Assembly: GCA_028870845.1 (NCBI GenBank) | Contig: JAGWOR010000001.1 | Coordinates: 58,770-122,769, forward strand | Direction of reading: 5' to 3' | DNA from: Gammaproteobacteria bacterium | Lineage (GTDB): Bacteria; Pseudomonadota; Gammaproteobacteria; Natronospirales; REEB76 | DNA length: 64,000 bases | Shown here: positions 18,595 through 32,060 of the stretch, in pieces | How the letters are laid out: each line of letters begins with the position of its first letter | Position numbering within the stretch: position 1 is the first letter of the stretch | Notes under the pieces: model-generated | The model's database searches: none | What the model saw: only the letters and a program-made list of their open reading frames with translations | What the model was told of the DNA's origin: nothing | Translations under genes and position numbers: made by a program

Positions 18595-19575
18595 TCACAC
18601 CACGCCGGCGCGCACCAGATCGTGCATGTGCAGCGCGCCGATCAGGGTGTTGTCGGCGTCCACCACCGGCAGTGCGGTTATGCGTTTCACGTTCATGATG
18701 CGGATGGACTCTCCGGTCAGCACCTCGGCGCGGACCGTGGTGCAGTTACGGGTCATGACCTCGTCGATGCGTGCCTGATGGACATTGATCTCGCGATCCA
18801 GCATACGGCGCAGGTCGCCATCGGTGAAAATGCCGGCCACATGCCGCTTCGAATCCACGATCACGGTCATGCCAAGACCCTTGCGTGTCATTTCCACCAG
18901 CGCCCGGCTCAGCAGCGCACCTTCGGGCACGACAGGAATCGCTTCTCCGGTGTGCATGATGTCCTGCACCCGCAACAGCAAACGCCTGCCGAGGCTGCCG
19001 CCCGGATGAGAGCGCGCAAAATCCTCTTCGGTAAAGCCGCGGGCAGAGAACAGCGCTACGGCCAGGGCATCGCCCATGGCCAGGGCCGCAGTGGTGCTGG
19101 CGGTTGGCGCCAGGTTCAATGGGCATGCTTCCTGCGCCACGGACACATCCAGGTTCACATCGGCGGCTTTTGCCAAGGTTGAAGCGGAATTACCGGTCAT
19201 GGCGATGAGCTTTACGCCCAGGCGTTTGATGAGCGGCAGGATGGTGATTAATTCGCCGGTCTCGCCGGAATTAGAAAGAATCAGCACCACGTCTTCACCG
19301 GTAATCATGCCCATGTCACCGTGGCTGGCTTCGCCCGGATGCACGTAGAACGCCGGGGTGCCGGTGCTGGCGAGTGTCGCCGCGATCTTGTTGGCCACAT
19401 GCCCGGATTTGCCCATGCCCATGACCACCACACGACCGCGGCATGCGAGCAGCAGGCGGCAGGCATCCGAGAAACGCCCATCCAATCGGGGCGCAAGCGA
19501 CTGGATCGCGGCGGCTTCGGTTTCGAGCACTTTGTGCGCCAGACCCAGCAGGTCGACGTCTTGCTTGCCGTTCAT
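18595..19575 (-). CDS. kdsD: arabinose-5-phosphate isomerase KdsD (SIS + tandem CBS)
   Basis: 326 aa. The SIS motifs are GMGKSGHVANKIAATLASTG and SNSGET, followed by a C-terminal CBS pair. Confidence 0.95.
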   Translation of the reverse strand: MNGKQDVDLLGLAHKVLETEAAAIQSLAPRLDGRFSDACRLLLACRGRVVVMGMGKSGHVANKIAATLASTGTPAFYVHPGEASHGDMGMITGEDVVLILSNSGETGELITILPLIKRLGVKLIAMTGNSASTLAKAADVNLDVSVAQEACPLNLAPTASTTAALAMGDALAVALFSARGFTEEDFARSHPGGSLGRRLLLRVQDIMHTGEAIPVVPEGALLSRALVEMTRKGLGMTVIVDSKRHVAGIFTDGDLRRMLDREINVHQARIDEVMTRNCTTVRAEVLTGESIRIMNVKRITALPVVDADNTLIGALHMHDLVRAGVV

Positions 19576-19749
19576 CTTAAGGGTGCGTCCGGCGGAGAAA
19601 AGTTCTGCATGGAAGCTAAATGATACACGTTTTGCGCCGGCGTCCAGTGCATGCCCATACCGGCCGGCGTGCTGAATCGGGTATCATTTGCTGCATGAAA
19701 CCCCGATACCCCATGGATCCCCGGGAAAGCCAACCGCCGGAGCCCGTCA

Positions 19750-21281
<1,532 letters not shown>

Positions 21282-21319
21282 CCATCAGGTATTAAAGCCG
21301 CGGCTTGCGCTTGTCAGCG

Positions 21320-22423
21320 CTAGTCGCCGTTCTGCAGCGGGCGCTCCGCCACCCTGACCTGCAGGCTGAAGGGCTTGCCCATGCGTATGCCGGCCAGTGT
21401 CACCACTGTGCCGGGGGCTTTGCTGGCAATCCGGTTGAGTGCGTCACTGCTGTTTTTCACCGCCACACCGTCGATGGTTTCAATGACATCGCCCGGTGCC
21501 AGCCCGGCCTTGCTGCCCGGGCTGCCCTTGGCGATGCTGGTGATGATGAAACCCTGGGTGTTTTTCAATTGAAAAACCCGGGCCAGTTGCGGGGTGATGT
21601 CCTGCGGTTCCACGCCCAGATAACCGCGGCGTACATGCCCGTAAGCAATGAGCTGCTGCATGACGCCGCGCGCCAGGTTTACCGGCGTGGCAAAGCCGAT
21701 GCCGGTGGATCCCCCGCTGGGTGAATACAGGGCGGTATTGATGCCCACCAGCTGCCCCTGGCTGTTGACCAGCGCCCCGCCCGAGTTCCCTGGGTTGATG
21801 GCGGCGTCCGTCTGGATGAAATTTTCGAAGGTGCTCAGCCCCAATTGGCTGCGCCCCAGGGCGCTTACGATGCCCTGGGTCACGGTCTGGCCCACGCCAT
21901 AGGGGTCGCCGATGGCCAAGACCACGTCGCCGACGCGCAGGTTATCCGAACGCCCCATGTGGATGGGTTTTAGCCGCGGCAGACTGATCTTGAGCAGCGC
22001 CAGGTCGGTATCGGGGTCCACGCCCACCACATGGGCTACGGCGCTGCGCCCGTCGGAAACGCCGACCTGGATGGATTCCGCACCGCTGATTACGTGGTAA
22101 TTGGTGAGGATGTAGCCATCGCTGCTGACAATCACCCCTGACCCCAGACTGTTCAACATCCGATCCCGCGGCGCACCATATTGGTTGTGGAAATAATGCT
22201 GCCAAAACGGGTCGTTCATGAGGGGGCCCGCCGCATTGGAGAGTCTTGCCGTATGCACGTTCACTACCGAGGGTGAAGACGCTTCCACCGCGCCGGCATA
22301 ACTCGTTACCGGGTCATTCCGCAGCCATTGGGGGCGGAAAAACATCAATATAATAAATGCGATGGCAAGGCCGGCTGTAATCGCCTGTGACAGAAACAGC
22401 AATCTTCGCAGCAGGCTTCTCAT
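21320..22423 (-). CDS. DegS/AlgW-like periplasmic serine endoprotease (trypsin domain + one PDZ)
   Basis: It has an N-terminal TM, candidate catalytic triad contexts (TNYHV, DLALLK, GNSGGAL), and a single C-terminal PDZ domain. The start is uncertain (22423, 22441 or 22477). Confidence 0.88.
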   Translation of the reverse strand: MRSLLRRLLFLSQAITAGLAIAFIILMFFRPQWLRNDPVTSYAGAVEASSPSVVNVHTARLSNAAGPLMNDPFWQHYFHNQYGAPRDRMLNSLGSGVIVSSDGYILTNYHVISGAESIQVGVSDGRSAVAHVVGVDPDTDLALLKISLPRLKPIHMGRSDNLRVGDVVLAIGDPYGVGQTVTQGIVSALGRSQLGLSTFENFIQTDAAINPGNSGGALVNSQGQLVGINTALYSPSGGSTGIGFATPVNLARGVMQQLIAYGHVRRGYLGVEPQDITPQLARVFQLKNTQGFIITSIAKGSPGSKAGLAPGDVIETIDGVAVKNSSDALNRIASKAPGTVVTLAGIRMGKPFSLQVRVAERPLQNGD

Positions 22424-22600
22424 GGGTATATAAGCTAGCATGCTGCCGCTTGGCGCGTCAGACGGGGGCAGCTGCACTGGCGGGGCCCGGAACGCGCTGT
22501 GTATAATGCGGCGTTCTCTATACAGTATTCCGCCTGGTATTTAATGCTCCATGCCGTATGGCCGGTGAGAAGCGGTTCCCGATTGTCAGGAGAGGGGTGA

Positions 22601-23221
22601 ATGAGCGAAGAAATTGACAAAAGCAAACGCCATTTCCTCACCGTCGCCACAACGGTTGTGGGTGCTGTGGGCGTGGTCATGGCGGCTGTGCCCTTCGTTT
22701 CCTCCATGGAGCCCAGTGCCCGAACCAAAGCGCTGGGGGGGCCGGTCGACATCGACGTGAGCAAAATAGAACCGGGTGCCATGATTCGAGCCAAGTGGCG
22801 CAGCCGGCCCACTTGGGTGGTACAGCGGCCGCCTGCTGTGGTGGCGGAACTTCCCAAGATCAACCAGCGCTTGCGCGACCCTGATTCCAGTGAACCGCAA
22901 CAGCCCAGTTATGTGAAGAACGGCTGGCGTTCCATCAAGCCGGAATTGTTCGTGGTAGTGGGCATTTGCACCCACTTGGGCTGCACCCCCCTGTATGTAC
23001 CGCAGCCCGGAGATCCCAGTGTCGGACCCACGTGGCCGGGCGGATTTCATTGCCCATGTCACGGTTCGCTCTACGATCTGGCGGGCAGGGTATTCAAGAA
23101 CGTGCCGGCGCCGCTGAATCTGCCGGTGCCGCGTCATAGGTATATGAATGACAAGGTGATCCGCATCGGTGAAGATCCCATCGGATCCCACTCGAGCTGG
23201 AAAGAACCGCTGATATGGTAA
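22601..23221 (+). CDS. petA: ubiquinol-cytochrome c reductase Rieske iron-sulfur subunit
   Basis: 206 aa. The Rieske boxes are CTHLGC and CPCHGS, and the N-terminus has a Tat-like motif (KRHFLTVATTVVGAVG). Confidence 0.95.
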   Translation: MSEEIDKSKRHFLTVATTVVGAVGVVMAAVPFVSSMEPSARTKALGGPVDIDVSKIEPGAMIRAKWRSRPTWVVQRPPAVVAELPKINQRLRDPDSSEPQQPSYVKNGWRSIKPELFVVVGICTHLGCTPLYVPQPGDPSVGPTWPGGFHCPCHGSLYDLAGRVFKNVPAPLNLPVPRHRYMNDKVIRIGEDPIGSHSSWKEPLIW

Positions 23222-23282
23222 AGACACTGAATATTTCGGTGATTGGTGGTGGATCAGCCAGGATTTCCGGGAGACTCGTCTG

Positions 23283-24719
23283 ATGAGCGCCGAGCAAGAA
23301 AAACGCGATTATCTCGATGTTACCGGAGGCTGGCTGCTGAAGCTGCGCGATTGGATAGATGCGCGCTTCCCCATGACCAAATTCTGGAATGAGCAGGTTG
23401 CCCAGTACTATGCGCCGAAGAATTTCAATTTCTGGTACTTTTTCGGCTCCATCGCGCTTTTAATTCTCGTGAACCAGATTCTCACGGGGATTTTCCTGGC
23501 CATGAATTACCAGCCGTCAGCAACCGGTGCTTTTGCATCGGTCGAATACATCATGCGTGATGTGGATTGGGGCTGGCTGTTGCGCTACATGCACTCGGTC
23601 GGCGCCTCCATGTTTTTCATCGTCGTTTATCTGCATATGTTTCGCGGTGTGATGTACGGCTCCTACAAGAAGCCGCGCGAATTGCTCTGGATTTTCGGCA
23701 TGCTGATCTACCTTGCGCTGATGGCGGAAGCCTTTATGGGCTATTTGCTGCCGTGGGGCCAAATGTCCTATTGGGGTGCGACGGTGATCATTTCCCTGTT
23801 TGGCGCCATTCCCTGGGTCGGCCCCGGCCTGGAACAGTGGATTCGGGGGGATTTCGCCGTATCCGGTGTCACCTTGAACCGGTTTTTCGCCCTGCACGTG
23901 GTTGCGGTGCCGCTGATTCTGCTTGGCCTGGTGGTGTTTCACCTGATCGCCTTGCATGAAGTGGGTTCCAACAATCCCGATGGCGTGGAGATCAAGAAAC
24001 ACAAAGGTCCGGACGGTATTCCACTGGACGGCATCCCCTTCCATCCTTACTACACCATCAAGGATATCTGCGGCGTCATCATATTCATTGCGGTATTCGC
24101 GGCCATCATTTTCTTCTCCCCGGGACTGCATGGACTGTTCCTGGAGCCCGCCAATTTCATACCGGCCGACACAGTCAGGGCGCCGGCGGACATCCATCCG
24201 TTGTGGTATTTCGGTCCCTACTACGCAATTTTGCGGTCCATTCCCAATAAGGGACTGGGAGCGCTTGCGCTGCTGCTGGCCATTGCGATTCTGTTTGTGT
24301 TGCCCTGGATCGACCGTAATCCGGTCAAATCCATCCGTTATCGTGGTCCCCTGTATCGCTGGCTGCTGTTCGTGTTTGTCCTGACATTCATCGTGCTGGG
24401 CTATATCGGCATGCAGGCAGCCACGCCTTTCTGGGCGGAAATCGGTCAACGCCTGTCGGAACTCTACTTCCTGTTTTTTGTAGTGTCCTGGCTGTACTCG
24501 AAGCCGCGATCTACGTTATACATGGGGATCAGTTTTACGATTGTGATGGTGATCATTACCGTGCTGGATATCGTCACCTATGTGCCCAGTATCGCCACGG
24601 TCAAGATCTACTCATGGGCGATGCCGTTCTTTTATTGCGCGCTATTCATGCTGTTGCCCGGTTTTTTCGCAAAGTTGATCGAACCGAAGCCGGTTCCGCA
24701 AAGAGTCACCTTCAAATGA
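23283..24719 (+). CDS. petB: cytochrome b (bc1 complex), with an extended C-terminus
   Basis: 478 aa. It carries the haem-ligand His contexts (RYMHSVGASMFF, FALHV) and the PEWY-like IHPLWYF. Confidence 0.95.
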   Translation: MSAEQEKRDYLDVTGGWLLKLRDWIDARFPMTKFWNEQVAQYYAPKNFNFWYFFGSIALLILVNQILTGIFLAMNYQPSATGAFASVEYIMRDVDWGWLLRYMHSVGASMFFIVVYLHMFRGVMYGSYKKPRELLWIFGMLIYLALMAEAFMGYLLPWGQMSYWGATVIISLFGAIPWVGPGLEQWIRGDFAVSGVTLNRFFALHVVAVPLILLGLVVFHLIALHEVGSNNPDGVEIKKHKGPDGIPLDGIPFHPYYTIKDICGVIIFIAVFAAIIFFSPGLHGLFLEPANFIPADTVRAPADIHPLWYFGPYYAILRSIPNKGLGALALLLAIAILFVLPWIDRNPVKSIRYRGPLYRWLLFVFVLTFIVLGYIGMQAATPFWAEIGQRLSELYFLFFVVSWLYSKPRSTLYMGISFTIVMVIITVLDIVTYVPSIATVKIYSWAMPFFYCALFMLLPGFFAKLIEPKPVPQRVTFK

Positions 24720-25456
24720 AAGCAATCATCTGCGCGATTTTATTGGCAGTGCTGCCTGCTGTGGCGGTTGCCCAGGATGAGGGCGTGAAGATGCAGTCGG
24801 TCAATGTGGACCTGAGTAACACTGCATCGCTGCAACGCGGCGCCAAGTTCTTTGTGAATTACTGCATGGGCTGCCACTCGGCACGCTACGTGCGTTACAA
24901 CAGCGTAGCCAGGGACTTGGGGCTCACTGACACCCAGTTGGAATATTACCTGATATTCACCGCTGCCAAGACCACCGACACCATGGTGAGTTCCATGCCG
25001 CCAGCGGATGCGGAAAAATGGTTTGGCATTGTGCCGCCGGACCTGTCGCTCGAATCACGCAGCCGCGGCGCCGATTGGATTTACACGTATTTGAAATCTT
25101 TTTACGTCGATCCGTCCTCAAAAACCGGCGTCAATAATACCGTGTACCCCAAGGTCTCCATGCCAGACGTGCTTTGGGAACTGCAGGGAACCCAGAAAGC
25201 GGTATTCAGCACCGTCAAAAACCCGGACGGCAGCAGCTACCAGGTATTCGACCATTTTGAGCCGCTGACTCCCGGCAGGCTTAGCCCGCAACAATTCGAC
25301 AAACTGGACCGGGATCTCACCAGTTACCTGGTCTACATGGGCGACCCCGTCATGCTCAAGAGCCGCAGCCTGGGCCTGCGTGTGATCGGTTTCCTGATCA
25401 TATTCTTTATAATTGCCTATCTGTTGAAGAGAGAGATTTGGAAAAAAGTACATTAA
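24716..25456 (+). CDS. petC: cytochrome c1
   Basis: The signal peptide is MKAIICAILLAVLPAVAVA, the haem site is CMGCHS, and there is a C-terminal TM anchor. The ATG overlaps the petB stop (ATGA). The ORF is open upstream to 24614. Confidence 0.93.
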   Translation: MKAIICAILLAVLPAVAVAQDEGVKMQSVNVDLSNTASLQRGAKFFVNYCMGCHSARYVRYNSVARDLGLTDTQLEYYLIFTAAKTTDTMVSSMPPADAEKWFGIVPPDLSLESRSRGADWIYTYLKSFYVDPSSKTGVNNTVYPKVSMPDVLWELQGTQKAVFSTVKNPDGSSYQVFDHFEPLTPGRLSPQQFDKLDRDLTSYLVYMGDPVMLKSRSLGLRVIGFLIIFFIIAYLLKREIWKKVH

Positions 25457-25544
25457 AGGAATTGCAGTATGCGGATCAGTTACCGGGCTGACGCAATCCG
25501 CCGACCGCAAGGATGCATCATTTCCAGAACCTAGGTCGACTGCC

Positions 25545-26147
25545 ATGACACTATATTCCAGAGCCAGCTGCCCCCATTCCCACCGTGTGCGATTCGTGCT
25601 CTCGGAGAAGGGCATTGCCATGGATATCGTCAATATCGAGGGCAACAAGCTGCCCGAAGATCTGCTGGAACTTAATCCATACAACAGCGTGCCTACGCTG
25701 GTTGACCGTGATCTGGCGTTGTATGAACCGCGTATCATCATGGAATACCTGGATGAGCGTTTCCCGCATCCACCGCTGATGCCGGTTGATCCGGTAGCAC
25801 GTGCGCGTTTCCGTCTGGCCTTGTATCGCATTGAACGCGACTGGTACAGCTGTGTTGATGAAATCGAGCAGTCTCCCAGCAAACCGCATTTACGCGCCCG
25901 TAAAATGCTGCGCGAAAGCCTGCTGGCTGCATCCGAGGCCTTTTCCGCCAAACCGTATTTTCTGAGTGATGAATTTTCCCTGGTGGACTGCAGCATTGCA
26001 CCGATTCTCTGGCGCCTGCCCCGTTACGAGATCGATATCCCGGTACAGGCTAAGGCCATCAGCAAATATGCCGAACGCATCTTCAAGCGCCCGGCATTCA
26101 AATCCAGCCTCACGGAACCCGAGCGTGAGATGCGCGAAGCCGCCTGA
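25545..26147 (+). CDS. sspA: stringent starvation protein A
   Basis: 200 aa, GST-like. The sequence is MTLYSRASCPHSHRVRFVLSEKGI...LNPYNSVPTLVDRDLALYEPRIIMEYLDERFPHPPLMP. Confidence 0.95.
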   Translation: MTLYSRASCPHSHRVRFVLSEKGIAMDIVNIEGNKLPEDLLELNPYNSVPTLVDRDLALYEPRIIMEYLDERFPHPPLMPVDPVARARFRLALYRIERDWYSCVDEIEQSPSKPHLRARKMLRESLLAASEAFSAKPYFLSDEFSLVDCSIAPILWRLPRYEIDIPVQAKAISKYAERIFKRPAFKSSLTEPEREMREAA

Positions 26148-26177
26148 TCCGGAGCTTCACGCCGTTTTTGATATCCC

Positions 26178-26585
26178 ATGCTTTCAAAGAAACCCTACTT
26201 GCTCCGCGCCATGCACCAGTGGATCGTGGACAACGGGCATACACCGCATATTGTGGCGGACGCCGGTATCGAGGGCTTACAGTCGCTGCGCGTTTATGCC
26301 CAGGAGGGCAAGCTGATTTTGAATATCAGCTATGAGGCCACCCAGCAACTCGAAATTGCGGCCGAATATGTGGAATTTTCAGCGCGCTTTTCCGGCGCCT
26401 CGCGCCTGGTGCGCGTGCCCATGGATGCGGTGCTGGCCGTCTATGCGTTTGAAACCGGCCAGGGCATGATCTTTGAGCCGCTGGATACGCCCGCATCCCG
26501 CCAAGCGCCAGGGGAAAACCCCCAAACAACCAGCTCTATCCACTCCGGTAATGCCGGAAAACCGGACCTCAAAATCGTCAAATAG
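26178..26585 (+). CDS. sspB: ClpXP specificity-enhancing factor SspB
   Basis: 135 aa. The sequence is KPYLLRAMHQWIVDNGHTPHIVA, with a C-terminal ClpX-tethering tail LKIVK. Confidence 0.93.
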   Translation: MLSKKPYLLRAMHQWIVDNGHTPHIVADAGIEGLQSLRVYAQEGKLILNISYEATQQLEIAAEYVEFSARFSGASRLVRVPMDAVLAVYAFETGQGMIFEPLDTPASRQAPGENPQTTSSIHSGNAGKPDLKIVK

Positions 26586-26643
26586 CCGCTCGCATGACCG
26601 CAAGATATTGCGGACCACGCCAGTAATCGACCATAGTGACCGT

Positions 26644-27147
26644 ATGCAGACCAAAAGCAGCCTGAATCGCACTGTCACCAAGCTCAACCGTACCCAGCCA
26701 TGGCTGCGCTGGTGGCTGCTTAGCTGGGCATTCGGACGCACTGTGCGTTTCGTGCACACTGCTGGCGTGCGTTTCGAATACCTCTCCGAGGAGCGCGCCT
26801 TGCTGCATCTTCCAAACCGCAAACCGGTCCAGAACCACATCGGTTCCGTGCATGCCGCCGCCATTGCGCTGCTGGCGGAAACCGCCAGCGGCGCCGTACT
26901 GGGCATGAACGTGCCGGATGACCGGGTGCCGCTGCTGAAAAGCATGCAGGTGGAGTATCTGAAACGCGCCAAGGGGGACCTGCGCGCCGAAGCCTCGCTG
27001 GATTCGGCCACCCGCGCCCGCATTCTCAGGGAAGAAAAAGGCGAAGCTGTGGTGGCGGTACGTGTTACGGATGAGAGCGGTGAGCAGCCGGTCCAATGCC
27101 GGATGTTGTGGGCCTGGGTGTCGAAGCAGCGCAGGCAGCCAGCGTGA
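26644..27147 (+). CDS. hotdog-fold protein, DUF4442/YiiD C-terminal-like (putative thioesterase)
   Basis: The pattern GVRFEYLSEERALLHLPNRKPVQNHIGSVHAAAIALLAETASG...MQVEYLKRAKGDL fits the DUF4442 hotdog family. ATG 26644 avoids an overlap with sspB. The ORF is open to 26473. Confidence 0.65.
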   Translation: MQTKSSLNRTVTKLNRTQPWLRWWLLSWAFGRTVRFVHTAGVRFEYLSEERALLHLPNRKPVQNHIGSVHAAAIALLAETASGAVLGMNVPDDRVPLLKSMQVEYLKRAKGDLRAEASLDSATRARILREEKGEAVVAVRVTDESGEQPVQCRMLWAWVSKQRRQPA

Positions 27148-27659
27148 TCAAGGTATTGCAGTACGACATCACCGATCTGGACGTGGATATTATCGTCAAC
27201 GCGGCCAACACCTCGCTGCTGGGCGGTGGTGGCGTGGATGGTGCCATTCATCATGCCGCGGGACCGGAACTGAGGGAGGCGTGCAAAAAACTGGGAGGTT
27301 GTCCCACCGGAGAGGCGCGTATTACTCCAGGTTTCCGGCTCAAGGCCGAGTGGATTATCCATGCAGTAGGGCCGGTCTGGTATGGCGGCGGCAAGGGCGA
27401 ACCACAATTGCTGGATAGCTGTTACCGCAGCGCCTTTCACCTGGCATTGGAAACCAAGGCCCGCAGTATCGCGTTCCCATGCATCAGTACCGGCATCTAC
27501 CGCTATCCCAAGGAGGATGCGGCGCGCATCGCGCTCAAGGTCATGCACGAATATGAAAAGGATTTCCGCAGCATCGTGGCCTGCTGTTTCGATGCCGAGA
27601 ACGCGGTCATATACCGCAAGCTTTCAGGTCCCGGCGGGCAGGAGGAGGATGATCTGTGA
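27144..27659 (+). CDS. macro domain protein (YmdB-like O-acetyl-ADP-ribose deacetylase)
   Basis: The sequence is DITDLDVDIIVNAANTSLLGGGGVDGAIHHAAGPEL...IAFPCISTGIYRYP. The GTG start overlaps the upstream stop (GTGA). The ORF is open to 27096. Confidence 0.88.
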   Translation: MIKVLQYDITDLDVDIIVNAANTSLLGGGGVDGAIHHAAGPELREACKKLGGCPTGEARITPGFRLKAEWIIHAVGPVWYGGGKGEPQLLDSCYRSAFHLALETKARSIAFPCISTGIYRYPKEDAARIALKVMHEYEKDFRSIVACCFDAENAVIYRKLSGPGGQEEDDL

Positions 27660-27690
27660 ATTGGATTGATGCAGCGGGCCCCGACGCAAA

Positions 27691-29695
<2,005 letters not shown>

Positions 29696-29702
29696 TCAGT
29701 GT

Positions 29703-30077
29703 TTAATCGGCACGAAACGCATCTTTGATCCAGTCGGTTTTCATTTCTCCGTTGCCGGTCACGCTCACAGCCACCACATCGAAACGCAGTGGTTTGCGGC
29801 GCAGGCTGGCATCCTGCAACAGGAAATGCTGGGCGGCATGCAGCAGTTTCCGCTGTTTGCGGCCATCCACGGAAGTTGCGGCGTCACCAAAGCCACGCTC
29901 GCGGCGGTAGCGCACTTCCACCATCACCAGTGTTTCGCCTTCTGCCATCACCAGGTCCAATTCCCCCTGCGGGCAACGGTAATTCCGCGTCAGTAGCCGC
30001 AAGCCGCCAGCGGTCAACATGGCGAGTGCCAGATTTTCCGCATCCCGCCCGCTGGCCAGATGGCTCGCCAGTTTCAT
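29703..30077 (-). CDS. yraN: YraN-family (UPF0102) endonuclease-like protein
   Basis: 124 aa with GELDLVM...VEVRYR typical of UPF0102. It overlaps the lpoA stop by 4 nt. Confidence 0.85.
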   Translation of the reverse strand: MKLASHLASGRDAENLALAMLTAGGLRLLTRNYRCPQGELDLVMAEGETLVMVEVRYRRERGFGDAATSVDGRKQRKLLHAAQHFLLQDASLRRKPLRFDVVAVSVTGNGEMKTDWIKDAFRAD

Positions 30078-31978
30078 GGGGGCGGAGCGCTGGCAACGGG
30101 CGCCGGTGCCGGCGGCGTCGAGAGCGGCGCCAGCATCACTGGAACTCCGTTTTTAAAGCTGGCCCAGTCCAATTGGCGGTAAACGCGGCCGGTGCTGTCC
30201 ATGGTCAAGAGGCCGGTCATACCCTGCACCGGCATGTTGAAGCCCCGGCCTTTAAACAGCAACGGCACCAGCCGCCAGGCGTCGAAACCCAGGGCATATA
30301 AACGGCCGTTTGCGGAAAAATTGTTGGGCCACAGGGCCGCGACATTTTTGCTGATACTGGCCGTGGCGCCCGCGGCTTCAAGCGTCCAGGGCATGTCGTC
30401 AAAAGTGATGCCATCCAGATCCGGATCTGGCGGTTCACCTGGCTGGTAGACCTGGGAGACCGAGTACACCGGAACGTTGATGGCGTGATAATACTGGAGC
30501 TGCGGCCTGATCAGCTTGGCGTCAGCGGGATCTGATGCCAGAAAGATGAACTGGATGTCACGCCGGCGGCGCGGCTCGAATTGCAGATGCACTCCCAACA
30601 AGGCGGACAGCTGGTCTTTGCGATATTGGCTCTGGTCCAGGTTCAGCAGGCGGGTGATGGAGATGGAAAAATCACTGGCACCCGGCGGATAGGTCTGGCT
30701 GCCAAGCAGGCTGCCGCCCAATTGTTCAAAACGGCTTGTGAATGCATTCAACACGCGTTTGCCCCAGTCACTCGCGGGCACCAGCGCGACTCCGCGCATC
30801 AGGTTTGCTACGAACAGGCGTTCGGCCACCTGCCGCGCTTCATCTTCGGGCGGCAGGCCGAACTGGAAAAGCATGGGCGGCGCGACTTGCCCCGTGTCCA
30901 GGTCATTCAGGGCCAGCACCGGCACCGCCAGTGTCCCAAGCGAGGCCACACCGTTTACAGCATCCTTGATCAGCGGGCCAATGATCATGTCGGCGCCGGC
31001 AGCTACGGCCCGCCGGTAGGCGGCGCGGGCCCCCGCTGCGGTCGCACCGCTGTCATAAAACCTCACCACGGGTGCATGAGCGCTTTGCGACAACTGGAAA
31101 TATGCCGCCAGTATTCCATCGCGAATCGCGTCTGCGGCACTTTGATAAGTGCCGGTCAAAGGCAATAACACCGCAACCTGTGTCGGATAGGTCACAAAGG
31201 CCTGCTGTTTGGCGATCAGGTCGGGAACAATATCCAGGTTAGCCGGATGATCGGGATACTCCGCCTGCCAGGCCTGCAACTGCTGGAGCAGGTATTGCGG
31301 CTGCTGCCAAAGATTACGGGACAGCAAGCCGAGCTGCAGCCAGCCGCGTACAACCGGCGAGATATTTTTCGGCAGTGACTGGATATTGATGGCTGTGCCG
31401 TTTTGACTGATCAGGTTCCAGATGCGCTGATGATTGTCCTCAATCGCCGCAGTGTTTCCGGCCAGTAAGGATTCACGTTTGCTGAGATCCTGAACAGCAG
31501 CCACGCTGTTGTTCATTGCAGCGTGAACCTGGGAACGCAGCAGCAGGATTTTTGCCTGCAATACATCCGGCAGTGACTGCAGGGGGAATTGCAGATGTTT
31601 AAGTGCGGCCTGCGGCTGCTGGGCGGCGAAATCCATGCTGGCTTTCAGCAGTTCGACGCGCGCGTTCAGCACCGGACTCAGGGTTTGCCCCTGTAACTGT
31701 CCGAGCAGCTTCCAGGCATTCTGGTTCTGTCGGGCCTGCCACCAGTCTTCAGCGGCACTCACCAGGTATTCGTTGCGTTGATCGCCTTGGGCGGTGGTTG
31801 CGAGGCTTGCAAAAATTTGCGCTGCAGCGGTGAATTTCCCCTGTTGTTCCAGGTTATTGGCCTGGGTGGCCTGACTCTGCGGGGTCTGTACGGTCGGGGG
31901 AATGGCGCAGCTGGCGAGCAGCACTGCGAGCGGCAGGCATAGCCATCGAACCGGATAAGGTACAGGCTTGTCTTGCAT
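30074..31978 (-). CDS. lpoA: penicillin-binding protein activator LpoA
   Basis: 634 aa. It has a lipoprotein signal LAVLLASCA, an N-terminal TPR-like domain and a C-terminal periplasmic-binding-protein-like domain. It is divergent from rsmI. Confidence 0.85.
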   Translation of the reverse strand: MQDKPVPYPVRWLCLPLAVLLASCAIPPTVQTPQSQATQANNLEQQGKFTAAAQIFASLATTAQGDQRNEYLVSAAEDWWQARQNQNAWKLLGQLQGQTLSPVLNARVELLKASMDFAAQQPQAALKHLQFPLQSLPDVLQAKILLLRSQVHAAMNNSVAAVQDLSKRESLLAGNTAAIEDNHQRIWNLISQNGTAINIQSLPKNISPVVRGWLQLGLLSRNLWQQPQYLLQQLQAWQAEYPDHPANLDIVPDLIAKQQAFVTYPTQVAVLLPLTGTYQSAADAIRDGILAAYFQLSQSAHAPVVRFYDSGATAAGARAAYRRAVAAGADMIIGPLIKDAVNGVASLGTLAVPVLALNDLDTGQVAPPMLFQFGLPPEDEARQVAERLFVANLMRGVALVPASDWGKRVLNAFTSRFEQLGGSLLGSQTYPPGASDFSISITRLLNLDQSQYRKDQLSALLGVHLQFEPRRRRDIQFIFLASDPADAKLIRPQLQYYHAINVPVYSVSQVYQPGEPPDPDLDGITFDDMPWTLEAAGATASISKNVAALWPNNFSANGRLYALGFDAWRLVPLLFKGRGFNMPVQGMTGLLTMDSTGRVYRQLDWASFKNGVPVMLAPLSTPPAPAPVASAPPP

Positions 31979-32060
31979 GAATTTCGCATTCCAGTGCAGG
32001 ATGTCGAATGCCTAATCATACCTGTATGCACAGGTGGCTGGAAATTCAGGAGATGCTTTG

